Shown here in pieces: positions 32,824-42,719 of a stretch of 64,000 nucleotides of DNA. This DNA comes from Epithemia pelagica. Taxonomy: Eukaryota; Protista; Bacillariophyta. The notes below the pieces were generated by a model, which ran no database searches, was not told the origin of the DNA, and saw nothing but the letters and a program-made list of their open reading frames with translations. The translations under genes were made by a program, and so were the position numbers. Location of the stretch: NCBI GenBank assembly GCA_946965045.2, contig OX337231.1, positions 248,001 through 312,000 on the forward strand, read 5' to 3'. Each line of letters begins with the position of its first letter. Position 1 is the stretch's first letter.

Positions 32824-33396
32824 GCAGACAACAACAACATGGGAGAGACAAGAGATTTATTGTTGTTTTTGCAGGCTGATGAGTTGTGGCCGTTGTATTG
32901 TTGGGAACAGTTCCGCAACAAACGGAACAAAACCCAAACCCGTTTTTACTTCCGGATTCGTCCCATAGGTTGCGGGCGAAGGTGAGGAGCTATTGCCCGC
33001 CGAGGAGTCAATAGCCCCGACAAGTGCCCCCACGACCAGGAGGGGATGTCGCTTGCTTCTATAAACTCCGAGTCCCCCCTAATTAACTGTCACACTTTTT
33101 TCCCAGGACTGTTTTTTTTGCTCCGCACTAGCTTTTTTAGCTCCGCACTTGCTCGCGTATGAGAGCGCGGCCGTCGTGGGCAATATAAGGCTATATTAGA
33201 CGAAAATCCTACTTCCATTCCGAGGAGCCATAGTAGCAGACAACAACAACATGGGAGAGACAAGAGATTTATTGTTGTTTTTGCAGGCTGATGAGTTGTG
33301 GCCGCTGTATTGTTGGGAACAGTTCCGCAACAAACGGAACAAAACCCAAACCCGTTTTTACTTCCGGATTCGTCCCATAGGTTGCGGGCGAAGGTG
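32824..33396 (+). repeat. 161-bp near-perfect direct repeats (32824-32984 and 33236-33396) flanking a 251-bp spacer
   Basis: gcagacaacaacaacatggg...gcgggcgaaggtg is present twice with one mismatch (cgttg/cgctg). Confidence 0.95.
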
Positions 33397-34691
33397 TGCT
33401 CCGAATAGCCAATGGTGGAATCCCTATTGTTGTAGAGGTAGATCTGGTATGTTGGGTGCCCCTTTCATGGATTCCCTCCGACTAGATGTCCGCTTCTTAG
33501 CCGTCCGGCCGCTCTCCGCGACCAATCATTTTCATTTTCGTTTTTTTTCGTTTATGAAGAAAATTTCTGGTCAAAATGAAAATGATCACGCCGGCCTTCT
33601 GGATCAACCTTTCGAAATCTTGTGAGCAGACGTGCGCGCTTTGACCGTTGGTCTTGGTTCGTCTTCACTTTCCCCTCTTCCATGTTCCAATTCTTCACAC
33701 AATTTTTTCTCTTCGTCTTTTCTCCTCTTCTCTGTTTGTCATGGACAATGGACATGACCATGCATTCTCCATCATGCATACCACTGACATTTTTTGACAT
33801 GAATAGACCATAGATAGAGTTTGGCTGTGCCCCCATCCCTCCTTTTCTAGTGTTGTTTTTCCTCGTGTAGTTCTCGGTTTAAAAGAACACCCTCATCCAC
33901 AACACCTTGTCTATGCCGTAGGCTTGTCTCTTTGCGAGCAATTGACCTACAACTACACACTACACCCCTATTTTAGGATGACTCTCTTCCTGCTTTTGTT
34001 ATGGAACATGCAGAGTCCCACATGCTGCTGAGAAACACCAGGCATGCTCCGGGCAATAAAAGCAGACCAAGAGGAGCAAGTCGACAACACAAGCAACTGA
34101 AGACTCAAACTGAGCAACAGATGAGAAATGGATGGTTTGCTCCACTAATCCTATCTCACTGAGCTTTAAAACTCTATGGAATACTAAAAGAATCCTACAA
34201 TTGATTTTAGCTGCCGCCCATTGAATGGACCAAAAATGGTGTTATACGGCACAAACACATGGCAATGTGGCAAAGAAGTGAGAACCTATCCCAAACCATT
34301 GTCCAATTCCAATGCAGTGATTAAGCTTTGTGGAACTTACCATGCTAACAAAGATGAGATGCTCAGTGCTCAGCGACGAAGCATGAGGCCGTTTTGGTGT
34401 GTTGTTGGTAGTCGTTACCTCATTTTGTTGTGTGCGTCGATTTTATGACCCCTGACACAACAGGAATATTTTGAGTCTTGTTGAGCAGAGCGCCTGCCAA
34501 CTTCCAACTGCCAAAACACGCCAGCCACTCCAGACGGAAGTCAGATTTTTTTCTGGCGGAGTTGGAGTTTTTGGTGAGCGGGACAGACCATTCAAGAGTT
34601 GACAGGCAGACCACTAAAAAGCGGACACCTAGTCGGTGCCATACTGGTTGAAGGAAAAACCTCATCTCTCGTTTTCCATTTTGATCCTTTG

Positions 34692-35813
34692 AGGCGCATC
34701 AGGGTGGTAAAAAAAATTCGAGGCAAAAATCAAGATTCGAGTTTCGAGGTTGGTCTAATAGGTTATGAATAGGTTATGTGTACCCTCGAATCTTGACCTC
34801 GACTTTTGACCGAGGCGCACTTTTGAAAATTTTTGGGCCAAAGTGCGCTCCGACCAAAAATCGAGGTCAAGATTCGAGGTTGCTCCTCGTCCGAGGTTTC
34901 CTCAAAACTCCAAACATCATCCCTATCTCTTCTTGTTGTTGTCTTTGTTAAAATCAACACGAGAATCAAGAATCAACCACAATGAGTCTTCATGGAAAGT
35001 CCTCCCATGAAGACAATGTGATTGCTGAAGAAATAGATGAAGAGGAGAACCCAGCAACCACAAAATTTGTCTCGACAGAGTCGGAGCACCAATTTTACAC
35101 CGAGAAAGTCAACCTTCTCCAGGACAAGAGGCGCTACCAAACAAGACCAGGAATCACAACCACCCACCAAGCAAAAAGAGTGGACGTCGAGGAGAAAGTG
35201 TGGTTCCTCGAAAGCAACCGGTGTTGTTGGCGCTGTGTATTGGTTGCGGCGCGCTGCCATAAGTAATCGCAACGGCTGGAAGGTGCACCTTGGAGTGTGA
35301 ACAACGGACTTGCTGGCAAAATTCTAGGAGTGTCCACCAGAGAGGGAGGTCAGGCATTGGCAGAGAGAGTTGCTGCGTGACGAGAATCGGTGGTGTTGGC
35401 AGGAAGGAGAGAGAACCACAACTCCACGTGTCTTGTTGTTGTTGGTGTTGGTGTTGCTTTCCCAAACAAGCCCTGTGGACAAGACAAACCTCCACTCTTG
35501 GAGTGTGACTTGACGTCGTCTTTCACCAGTGTCACAGGATGTGGTGGAACCGTCGAGAGGAAAGCAGTAGTAACGGATATAAGCAACAACCACAACAACA
35601 ACAACAATACCTATGCACTACTTCGTCTACTGTTATGTTGGAGGCAGTTGTATGAGATGAGTAAAGGGGGTACGCGGAACCTCGAAACTCGAAATTAATC
35701 TTTTACCACCGTGAAAGATCCTAGGTTAAGAATTCGAGGCCCGTAGAAGACCCCACCTCGAAACTCGAATCTTGATTTTTGCCTCGATTTTTTTTTACCA
35801 CCCCGATGCGCCT
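34692..35813. mobile_element. MITE / non-autonomous DNA transposon (1122 bp) with 59-bp terminal inverted repeats
   Basis: 34692-34750 (aggcgcatcagggtggtaaaaaaaattcgaggcaaaaatcaagattcgagtttcgaggt) matches the reverse complement of 35755-35813 at 57/59 positions. Extra subterminal CCTCGAAACTCGAA motifs are present. No direct TSD was seen. Confidence 0.85.
34784..34879. repeat. 96-bp internal hairpin in the MITE
   Basis: Perfect 19-bp arms cctcgaatcttgacctcga / tcgaggtcaagattcgagg, with inner 9-bp arms gcgcacttt / aaagtgcgc. Confidence 0.9.
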
Positions 35814-36068
35814 GATGGAATGTTCTTCTTTCTATCCTTTCCCGTCGAATCGAACTGTTTGGCTCGAACTCTTTGTCCCGTCGAATGCTCGAGAAGCGAT
35901 CGAAAGGCGACTTCTTTTCATTCTCGAAACCTACGGTGTGACGGCGTGCTCGGAGCCGTTGGCCGTGCAGGCGCCACGAGAGCCTCGGTCACTTTTTGGC
36001 GCACTGTCTGTTGTCTTTTCCAACACCAAAAAAAAGTGAGGAAGCAAACGGCCAAGCGCATCAGGATC

Positions 36069-37406
36069 ATGGGATTCTTCTCCTTCTCCTCTAGTAGCAA
36101 GTTGCCTCCAACACAACCAGGAATGGTCCTTGGGATATTGTTTGTCATTTTGATCGTGGTCCTGACACTGGCCAATTTGCAAGCAGCACTTTCCTCCGTC
36201 TCGTTTCCTCGTAGTGACAACAACCGCTTGCAACAAGTACCACAAGAACCGGAAGAAAGTGCCATGCCTCTCTGGTCTGTCAAGAACCTTACGACCACAC
36301 ACAATGGCGCAACCACGAACGACACCAACACGAGTCTGGATACTACTACTGCTCCTACTCCAACACTGGTGCTCCACGAATCTTCGCCTCCCATCGCTCA
36401 GCCTCCTGCCTCTTTTCCAGAATTTGAACGACACGACGGTGTGGTAATTGCCACCAAATTGCATGGCATGCATCAATTGCACTTGTTGGAACAATCCCTC
36501 TGTTTGTTGCACCATGCCTATAACAATCGAGTCTTGTACGACATTGTGGTCTTTACCACCGAGCCACTCACACCCAAAGCCGTGGAATCGGTCCAATCCT
36601 TGGTCGCACCGGCCAAGTTGACGGTCGTTGTCGATAATCGGGGATTGCAACACGAAATTGCAGCCTTGTCGCCCATCCGTCGTGCCAAATTTCTGGAACG
36701 TTGCAATGTTACCACACCGCACAATTTGACGTGGTGGTCCAATTGTCCCGGTCGCATTGCCTACAATTGGCAAGCGGAATTTCGAGCTTGGCATATTTGG
36801 AGGCATTCGGCCTTGGCCTCGTACCAGACCATGTTGTGGATGGATACCGATGGCTTTTGTACGCAGGTGTGGGATCGCGATCCCGTTGCCGTCTTTTTGC
36901 AATACAATCTCACCATTTTGTTTGACAATTTTCCGCAAGGACGCGCCAAGGGGCGCGAGGTGCAACGACGCATTTACAATTCCTTTCAACAATCCCTGTG
37001 TCGTGTCCGAGTACGAAATGGGACACTGGTGAGCCATTTGGGTGCCAGTCTGGAAGACTGTCCCGACGCTCGCATTCCCTTGATTCATGGATTTTTCCAC
37101 ATTACCAATCTCGACTTTTATCGGAGTCCTACAGTCCAACACTTTGCCCAAACGTGGATTGGCGATTGTTTCTTGTGTCGTGAATACGACGATCAAGGCG
37201 GTGTGACCATTCCTGCTGCCATGTTGACGCCACACTTGGCCTGGGATATGCGGTCTCAGAATATGTCATTGCAAGTCTTTCACAATTACAAACTGGATGG
37301 CAAAGACCAAGCCGTACCCTCCGGATTTCGCAAATATTGGCCTCTTTACGGTCCGACCCAGTTTTCGGAGGCCTACGGCAAGTGTCCCGTGACGGCGGGG
37401 GGATGA
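36069..37406 (+). CDS. GT15 (KRE2/MNT1 alpha-mannosyltransferase)-like type II membrane glycosyltransferase, paralog 2 (intact)
   Basis: TM segment MVLGILFVILIVVLTLA, a stem region, WQAEFRAWHIWRHSALASYQTMLWMDTDG (DxD), HGFFHITNLDFYRS (compare KRE2 FEIxNLxFxRS) and YDDQGG. Likely ATG at 36069. Confidence 0.75.
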   Translation: MGFFSFSSSSKLPPTQPGMVLGILFVILIVVLTLANLQAALSSVSFPRSDNNRLQQVPQEPEESAMPLWSVKNLTTTHNGATTNDTNTSLDTTTAPTPTLVLHESSPPIAQPPASFPEFERHDGVVIATKLHGMHQLHLLEQSLCLLHHAYNNRVLYDIVVFTTEPLTPKAVESVQSLVAPAKLTVVVDNRGLQHEIAALSPIRRAKFLERCNVTTPHNLTWWSNCPGRIAYNWQAEFRAWHIWRHSALASYQTMLWMDTDGFCTQVWDRDPVAVFLQYNLTILFDNFPQGRAKGREVQRRIYNSFQQSLCRVRVRNGTLVSHLGASLEDCPDARIPLIHGFFHITNLDFYRSPTVQHFAQTWIGDCFLCREYDDQGGVTIPAAMLTPHLAWDMRSQNMSLQVFHNYKLDGKDQAVPSGFRKYWPLYGPTQFSEAYGKCPVTAGG

Positions 37407-38193
37407 TCAAACATTGACAGGCACTACCACAACAATCTCTCGAAGGAGATTGAAAAAACAAAGTCTGGTGTCTGATTTTCCCCCGCGAGTTCTTTGGTCT
37501 CTGGTTTCTAGGCATCTACAGATGGACACAAAAAACCGGTCGTGGTTGTGGCGGATGCTTTAAATGGCTGGGAGTCGTGCAGTGGTCCGAGATATGCCGT
37601 CGAGAGGGACTACTATGGAAAGCGCCATGTTGTTGCACACTTGTGTCGTTCACCACCACCAATGGCAGTCAAGCTAGAAGGCGGCCTTTTGTGTACCATT
37701 GCGGACGTTACGGAATATGTCGCTTCACAGTGTAAAGGACCATGATCCTTTGGAGGAGAAGGGACCATTATCCTATGTTGGAAAAGGGTTCACAACAAAC
37801 AAACTCACCCAAAAAACCCGAAACGCCTTTCAATGAAAGCGCCAGAAAAGCAAAGAGGGCGAACTGTTAAGGAAAAGTATAGTTTATGACGACGGCATGT
37901 TCCAGCACAACGCGTCGCAGATCGTTCACGCGAGAACAAAAGTGTTTTCGAAAGCAGATTTCGTCATGAATCAGAGTCCTCCGCAGCTTTATTCAAGAAA
38001 CAAGCGATTTCCAGCTGGTGTGGTTTCCGTCGCATTCTCTCTCATCACAAAGAAGAAACCCTGATTGATTCATGTGTAGCAACCATGATTTTCACAAATA
38101 CGGCCTCTACAAAAGAGATTTATTGACCTTCTTACCGAACCGTTCCAGGAAAACAAGTTCCAGAAACTTTGCAACCTCACGATTTCATGTTTC

Positions 38194-39870
38194 TTATGGA
38201 CACGCAATACGCGTGTCACCCAAAAATAATTCCCTTGTCGTCATGACGAACGTGAAGACTCGCTCATTGAAATTCTGTCGACAAATTTCATTCTGCAGCT
38301 GCATGGGGGCCGTTCCCCAGTCTTGGAAGTGCAGAATTGCAAAATCGGCGTTCTGAATTTCATATTGTGCAGTCTCAGCATTTTCTTGTGCCACAAAGCG
38401 CAAAATGTGGTTCTCCACGTCTTGTCTGGATGACGGAGTGTTTCCTTTCGTGAGAACACATTCAACATAGGAGTGGACGACAGAGTTAAAATAGATATCA
38501 GGTCGCCGTGCTGTCGTTCCAGCGGTGACAAGTTTTGGATTAAAAAGCATAACTTCCAGTGGCTTGGCATCTAACAGGTTCCACAGCAGTTCAAATGTAA
38601 GGGCATCTTCGACAGGCCCTCCGTGGGCTTCGTACTGTTTCCAAGACATACGCGGCGCAGCCCAACAAAGAAGTTGCTGAACGCCGGTGACACCCGTACT
38701 TAGACTGGTTAAAGAACAGGAATTCGCTGTCATGAGGCCTCCAAGATAAAGGTCGAAAAGCAACATCGATATCACGTTTCCATTCTGATCACAGAATCCA
38801 CGCTTCTGCAGTTTCAGAAGCTCTGGACCAAACCGATACTCTCTTGGGTAAAAGAGTGTGCGGACATTGACATCTTCCAAAGCTGGAGTAACCCTCGCGG
38901 CAAGATCTTCAAATTGCAACGAGCTGCGAAATTCTGCCGAGTTCATGTAACTGATTGTCCGGTCGGTGGTGTAACCCTCTGTCGTGAGTTTGGGTACAAG
39001 CAGTTCGGCAAGACGCATCATTGGATAGATGTGTCCCCCCACATACACGCGTATAGCCTCCAGAAGGCCCTCAATGTGTCCTCGGATGAAAGCATCTGTC
39101 ACATTTGCGGCGAAAAAATCGTAAACACCCTCACGACAAACGTCATCCGAGGTCAAAAACAAACGGTCCGGAGTGATCTTCCTTGCAAAGGAGTGCGAGG
39201 CTGTTTGAAAGGCAGGAACACCAGCTCCAATTGTGGTGACGCGGTGGCTCATGCGATTTTTCAGCAGCAACGTAAAAATCGGCGAATTCACGTTCTCTTG
39301 TGTTTCGTCGATGAGAAAGTACGCTTCCTCTTTGTTGTTAAGAATGCGTTCGATTCCATCACGGCAGTTGTCAATATCAACGGAATTGACGAAAAAATAC
39401 ACTTTCTTTTCATTTCGAACGAGGTCGTCACCAATCAATTCCAACAGGGTGGTCTTTCCAGCGCCCTTGCAGCCACTTATATGAACGGATTTCATTGGAG
39501 ACGCCTTACGTAAGATTTCGTCGCGGAGAGCGCGCCGTTCTACAGTGAAGGGGCCGAATCCGATCCCATATTCAAATGAATCATGGGTTTCGGCAGAGAC
39601 ATTGTAGCGAAAACGTTCAATATCCAACGAGGAGCCACCAACGACCATGGCCAAGGCACTTGTCGTTCTTCTTCTTGTTGTTGTGGTGGTCGTAGTTCTC
39701 CGACGCCAGGGTATGGAATTTGGCAAAGGATGACGAAGGATGGTCGTTCCAGGACCAACAGCAGACCGTCTTGTTGTGGATGCAACAACAGTGGGTCTGG
39801 AACATGAAATCGAAAAGGCCTCCACGCTGCCAGGAGCAAGAATCGAAACCAGGTTCCACGACAGCCTCAT
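38194..39870 (-). CDS. Chimeric protein: copied plastid presequence + P-loop NTPase + PD-(D/E)xK-like nuclease (Crinkler/CR-effector-type NTPase-REase)
   Basis: Walker A SGCKGAGKTT, Walker B YFLIDE and C-terminal RRPDIYFN...YVECV. The first ~83 aa are homologous to the N-terminus of the gene at 29315. Confidence 0.75.
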   Translation of the reverse strand: MRLSWNLVSILAPGSVEAFSISCSRPTVVASTTRRSAVGPGTTILRHPLPNSIPWRRRTTTTTTTRRRTTSALAMVVGGSSLDIERFRYNVSAETHDSFEYGIGFGPFTVERRALRDEILRKASPMKSVHISGCKGAGKTTLLELIGDDLVRNEKKVYFFVNSVDIDNCRDGIERILNNKEEAYFLIDETQENVNSPIFTLLLKNRMSHRVTTIGAGVPAFQTASHSFARKITPDRLFLTSDDVCREGVYDFFAANVTDAFIRGHIEGLLEAIRVYVGGHIYPMMRLAELLVPKLTTEGYTTDRTISYMNSAEFRSSLQFEDLAARVTPALEDVNVRTLFYPREYRFGPELLKLQKRGFCDQNGNVISMLLFDLYLGGLMTANSCSLTSLSTGVTGVQQLLCWAAPRMSWKQYEAHGGPVEDALTFELLWNLLDAKPLEVMLFNPKLVTAGTTARRPDIYFNSVVHSYVECVLTKGNTPSSRQDVENHILRFVAQENAETAQYEIQNADFAILHFQDWGTAPMQLQNEICRQNFNERVFTFVMTTRELFLGDTRIACP

Positions 39871-41278
39871 ATTGTATCACTACCTAGAAAACTCCATCTT
39901 CCTCATGCATTTTCCACTTTCTTTGTCGCCATACAGACTCTTTGACAGGACGAGCGTGCGCGTGCCCCTTCAAATCTGTACTGGTACACCTTGGGTTATA
40001 GTAGTACTTAAAGTTGAGAGTGACATGGTTTCAGTTTGGAACAGGCGGTGCAGGCGCTCAAGGTCACGGGAGTTGGGTCACGAATTGGGTCACAGACAGT
40101 TTTACCTTTTACCTTTTTACTTGCTTGTGGAAAGGGGGGCTCCTGCGTAGAGTTGACTTTTACGAGGCGTTTGAGACACCTTGTCTCTTCTCCGACTCCA
40201 TCCGCAACCACGTGTAGTGCAGCTTGAATGCTGTATCGTTCGTACTCCTCGCCCTCGTCACTGGAGCAGCAAGGAGTTGCCCCTTGTGGTGGGCTTCACG
40301 AGAGCCAAATCAGACGCCATTTGTTCCAACCAGTGTCCAAACTGTGCAGACGGACACTTCACAGGATGCTGGGATAGATAGACTTGAAAAACCGGATTGG
40401 AAGCTTTGCGGAGTACCAGACACAACTGTTGCGATGGAAGAAACAACTGTCAACAGTTGCTTCTGCCATTGCATAAGTTGTTTCTGATACTGCAACCGCT
40501 GGTGGACTACTCATGACCACTCGGTGTATGGACCGGGACCAGAAACTGTTTGAATGGGAGGAGAGGGTAGCTGCAAAAAGGGAAGTCCAAAGAATCGAAG
40601 ACCAATTGTCACAGCTTCGAATAGCTCAGCTTTCGTGTACGTTCACATAATGGATCATCTCCCTTCATCTTTCTTGCGTTGCTTTGCACCCTCTGAATCT
40701 TAGTTTGGTGTGTGGTGTGATTATTTGTTTCCGTTCAACCATCCTCTGACGCCTATCACCGCCACGCGGGGGAGAGCGAACAAGACCAATCACAGGACGC
40801 TTCCGTTTGCGAAAGCAAGCCTCGAGAATTGAGGAAGGTAATTACCGGTATCTGAGCATGTGGTACTAAGTGCCCTGGCGAACGCTAACGATCAATACCT
40901 TTTTATTTCGTCATATAGATAATTGCAAGGATGACGAAAAAGAGAAAAAAAGGATTAAGGAGGAAATCGAAGACGTGCTCCTTGGATGTTTAGTTCTTCT
41001 CGTCTTTTCACTTTTGAGAGAGTCGATTTCCTCCTGGGTGTTTTTTTTTTTTTTTTTCGTCGTTATTGCAATTATCTATGAGACAAACAACGAGAGATTG
41101 GTTTTCTCCTGCTCTATTTATCATGCTATTGTGAGTGTTGTGAGTTTAGGACGACCATGACGAGGGATGGGGAAAATTGTTGGCCCAACGACCCGGCACC
41201 AACGCCTTGACGGCGGCGGTTCCTCCACTAAAACATTCTCTCGTCGTGTTGCCGTGGCAGTAAACCACCACAGACAGC

Positions 41279-42469
41279 ATGAAGACTCATTCCGTGGTTG
41301 GATTCCTGATGGTGCTCCTTTGCTGGACTGAAAGGGTGGTTGCGTCTCCGGTGGCTGCTTCTGTGGATGCTCCGAATGCCGCTCCCGTCGCACTCGGAAC
41401 CAACGTTGCCGATGACGTCGTCAATAACGCGCCACAAGCGGAATGCCAGGATCTGACACGAGATGCAGACGCCAACTGTGAAGCTCAAGTCTCAGCGGAA
41501 GAGTTTGACGATGGTTCTGAGGATCGTGACGACGATCCACTAATGTTCACGGTTGATAAGGAAGGCCCGTACAAAATTGGAGTCACGAATGTGATATTGA
41601 CAGTTTCCGATGGCACCCTGACGGCCACCTGCGATGCTATCATCACTGTAAATGAATCTCCCCTTTGTTCGGATGGTGGTGGTTCGGATGGTGGTGGGAA
41701 GAATCCCCTATTTCTCTTGATTTACATGTTATTTGCCTGGCTCAAGAGTGGACATGGAATTTTCAAGATTATTGACTATTTTAAAGGTTTTCTGCATGGA
41801 CAGGGTCACACTCGTCGTCGTGTGGTCGCCAATGACCTTCCAACCAAGGGAACGACAACGACTCTTGTTCAGAATCCGACAGCCACCCAAAAGGACGTGC
41901 AAACCATTCTGGGCCACATGGAAGATGGCACCAGTTTTTCGGTTTCAACCCTCCGTTCGTTGTATGTTTTCTTGTTGTCCGGTTTGGACCTGGACGGTAC
42001 ATCACAGGACGACTTGGAGCTGTTGGTCGAAGACGCCTTGAACACGATCGACCTCAATGGTGACGGGTCGATTGATGCGAGCGAAATGGACCAGCTGCAG
42101 CTCCCTCGTGAGACGGGAGAATTCTTGTTTGAGGACGTCGTTGCCTACACTTTGTCCAATTTCCAGACCGCAACTGGAGACGCATGCGTGACACCCGACA
42201 ATGTCATTGATTTCTTGAATCAATTTTATGCCGATACCGAGGTGGTGAGTGCCAATATGGCTCAGCAAATTCGCGAGAAGAGTGGTTCGGATGCCTGATA
42301 CACCCGCCATGAATTTGAAGCAGCCTTTGCTTCCACTACTCCATCGCTGCCTTCCGACATGGAAACCTTGTCGGCTGGTGTTGCGGCTCACCAGCAGTCC
42401 ACGGTTGCTTGGACGGCTGCTGCGGGTGCAATGGGAACTGCCGCCCTCTATGTTGCTGCTGGTTTTTAA
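41279..42469 (+). pseudogene. Secreted HYR/Ig-like + EF-hand protein with hydrophobic C-terminal tail; premature TGA at 42296-42298
   Basis: Signal peptide, HYR-like NNAPQAECQDLT...DDGSED.D.DPL...GPY.IGVTNVILTVSDG...TCDAIITV, and EF loop DLNGDGSIDASE. The frame continues past the TGA to a TAA at 42467-42469, and the paralogous fragment near 43855 has TGC at that codon. Confidence 0.75.
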
Positions 42470-42719
42470 GGAACGACGGCAATCGGACGATCTGCTGATA
42501 GAGGACGACAGACTCGTATTCACGAATCGTTGCCGTCTGCTGTTTTGTGCTAACCTTACATATTCTGACGGATGAGTACTACAGGGAATTACTACTACTT
42601 AGAGGCATTGATGTAGGGAAGGATCCTTGGCATGTCTCGTTGTTGAAAGGTTGGCATGGGGATTTGTTGAGCAGAAAGGGTAATAGCTCCTACTCCTACA
42701 AGTACCCTTCAATAGCACC

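Noticed and set aside
32824-33396. LTR retrotransposon / solo LTR pair
   Set aside because: No TG...CA termini, primer-binding site, polypurine tract or flanking TSD was identified.
33950-34690. Possible decayed transposase (BED-finger-like QCGKEV...H) left of the MITE
   Set aside because: It has many stops and only a weak partial motif, so it cannot be supported.
35772-36068. N-terminal extensions given by the ORF track for the GT15-like, GT31-like and polyamine-fusion genes
   Set aside because: They begin at TTG/GTG codons and run through promoter or MITE sequence. The first ATG before the TM anchor or coding region is more plausible.
40200-40650. Remnant reading frame (DLKNRIGSFAEYQ...EERVAAKREVQRIEDQL)
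   Set aside because: It is interrupted by stops and has no recognisable motif; probably a gene relic but not assignable.
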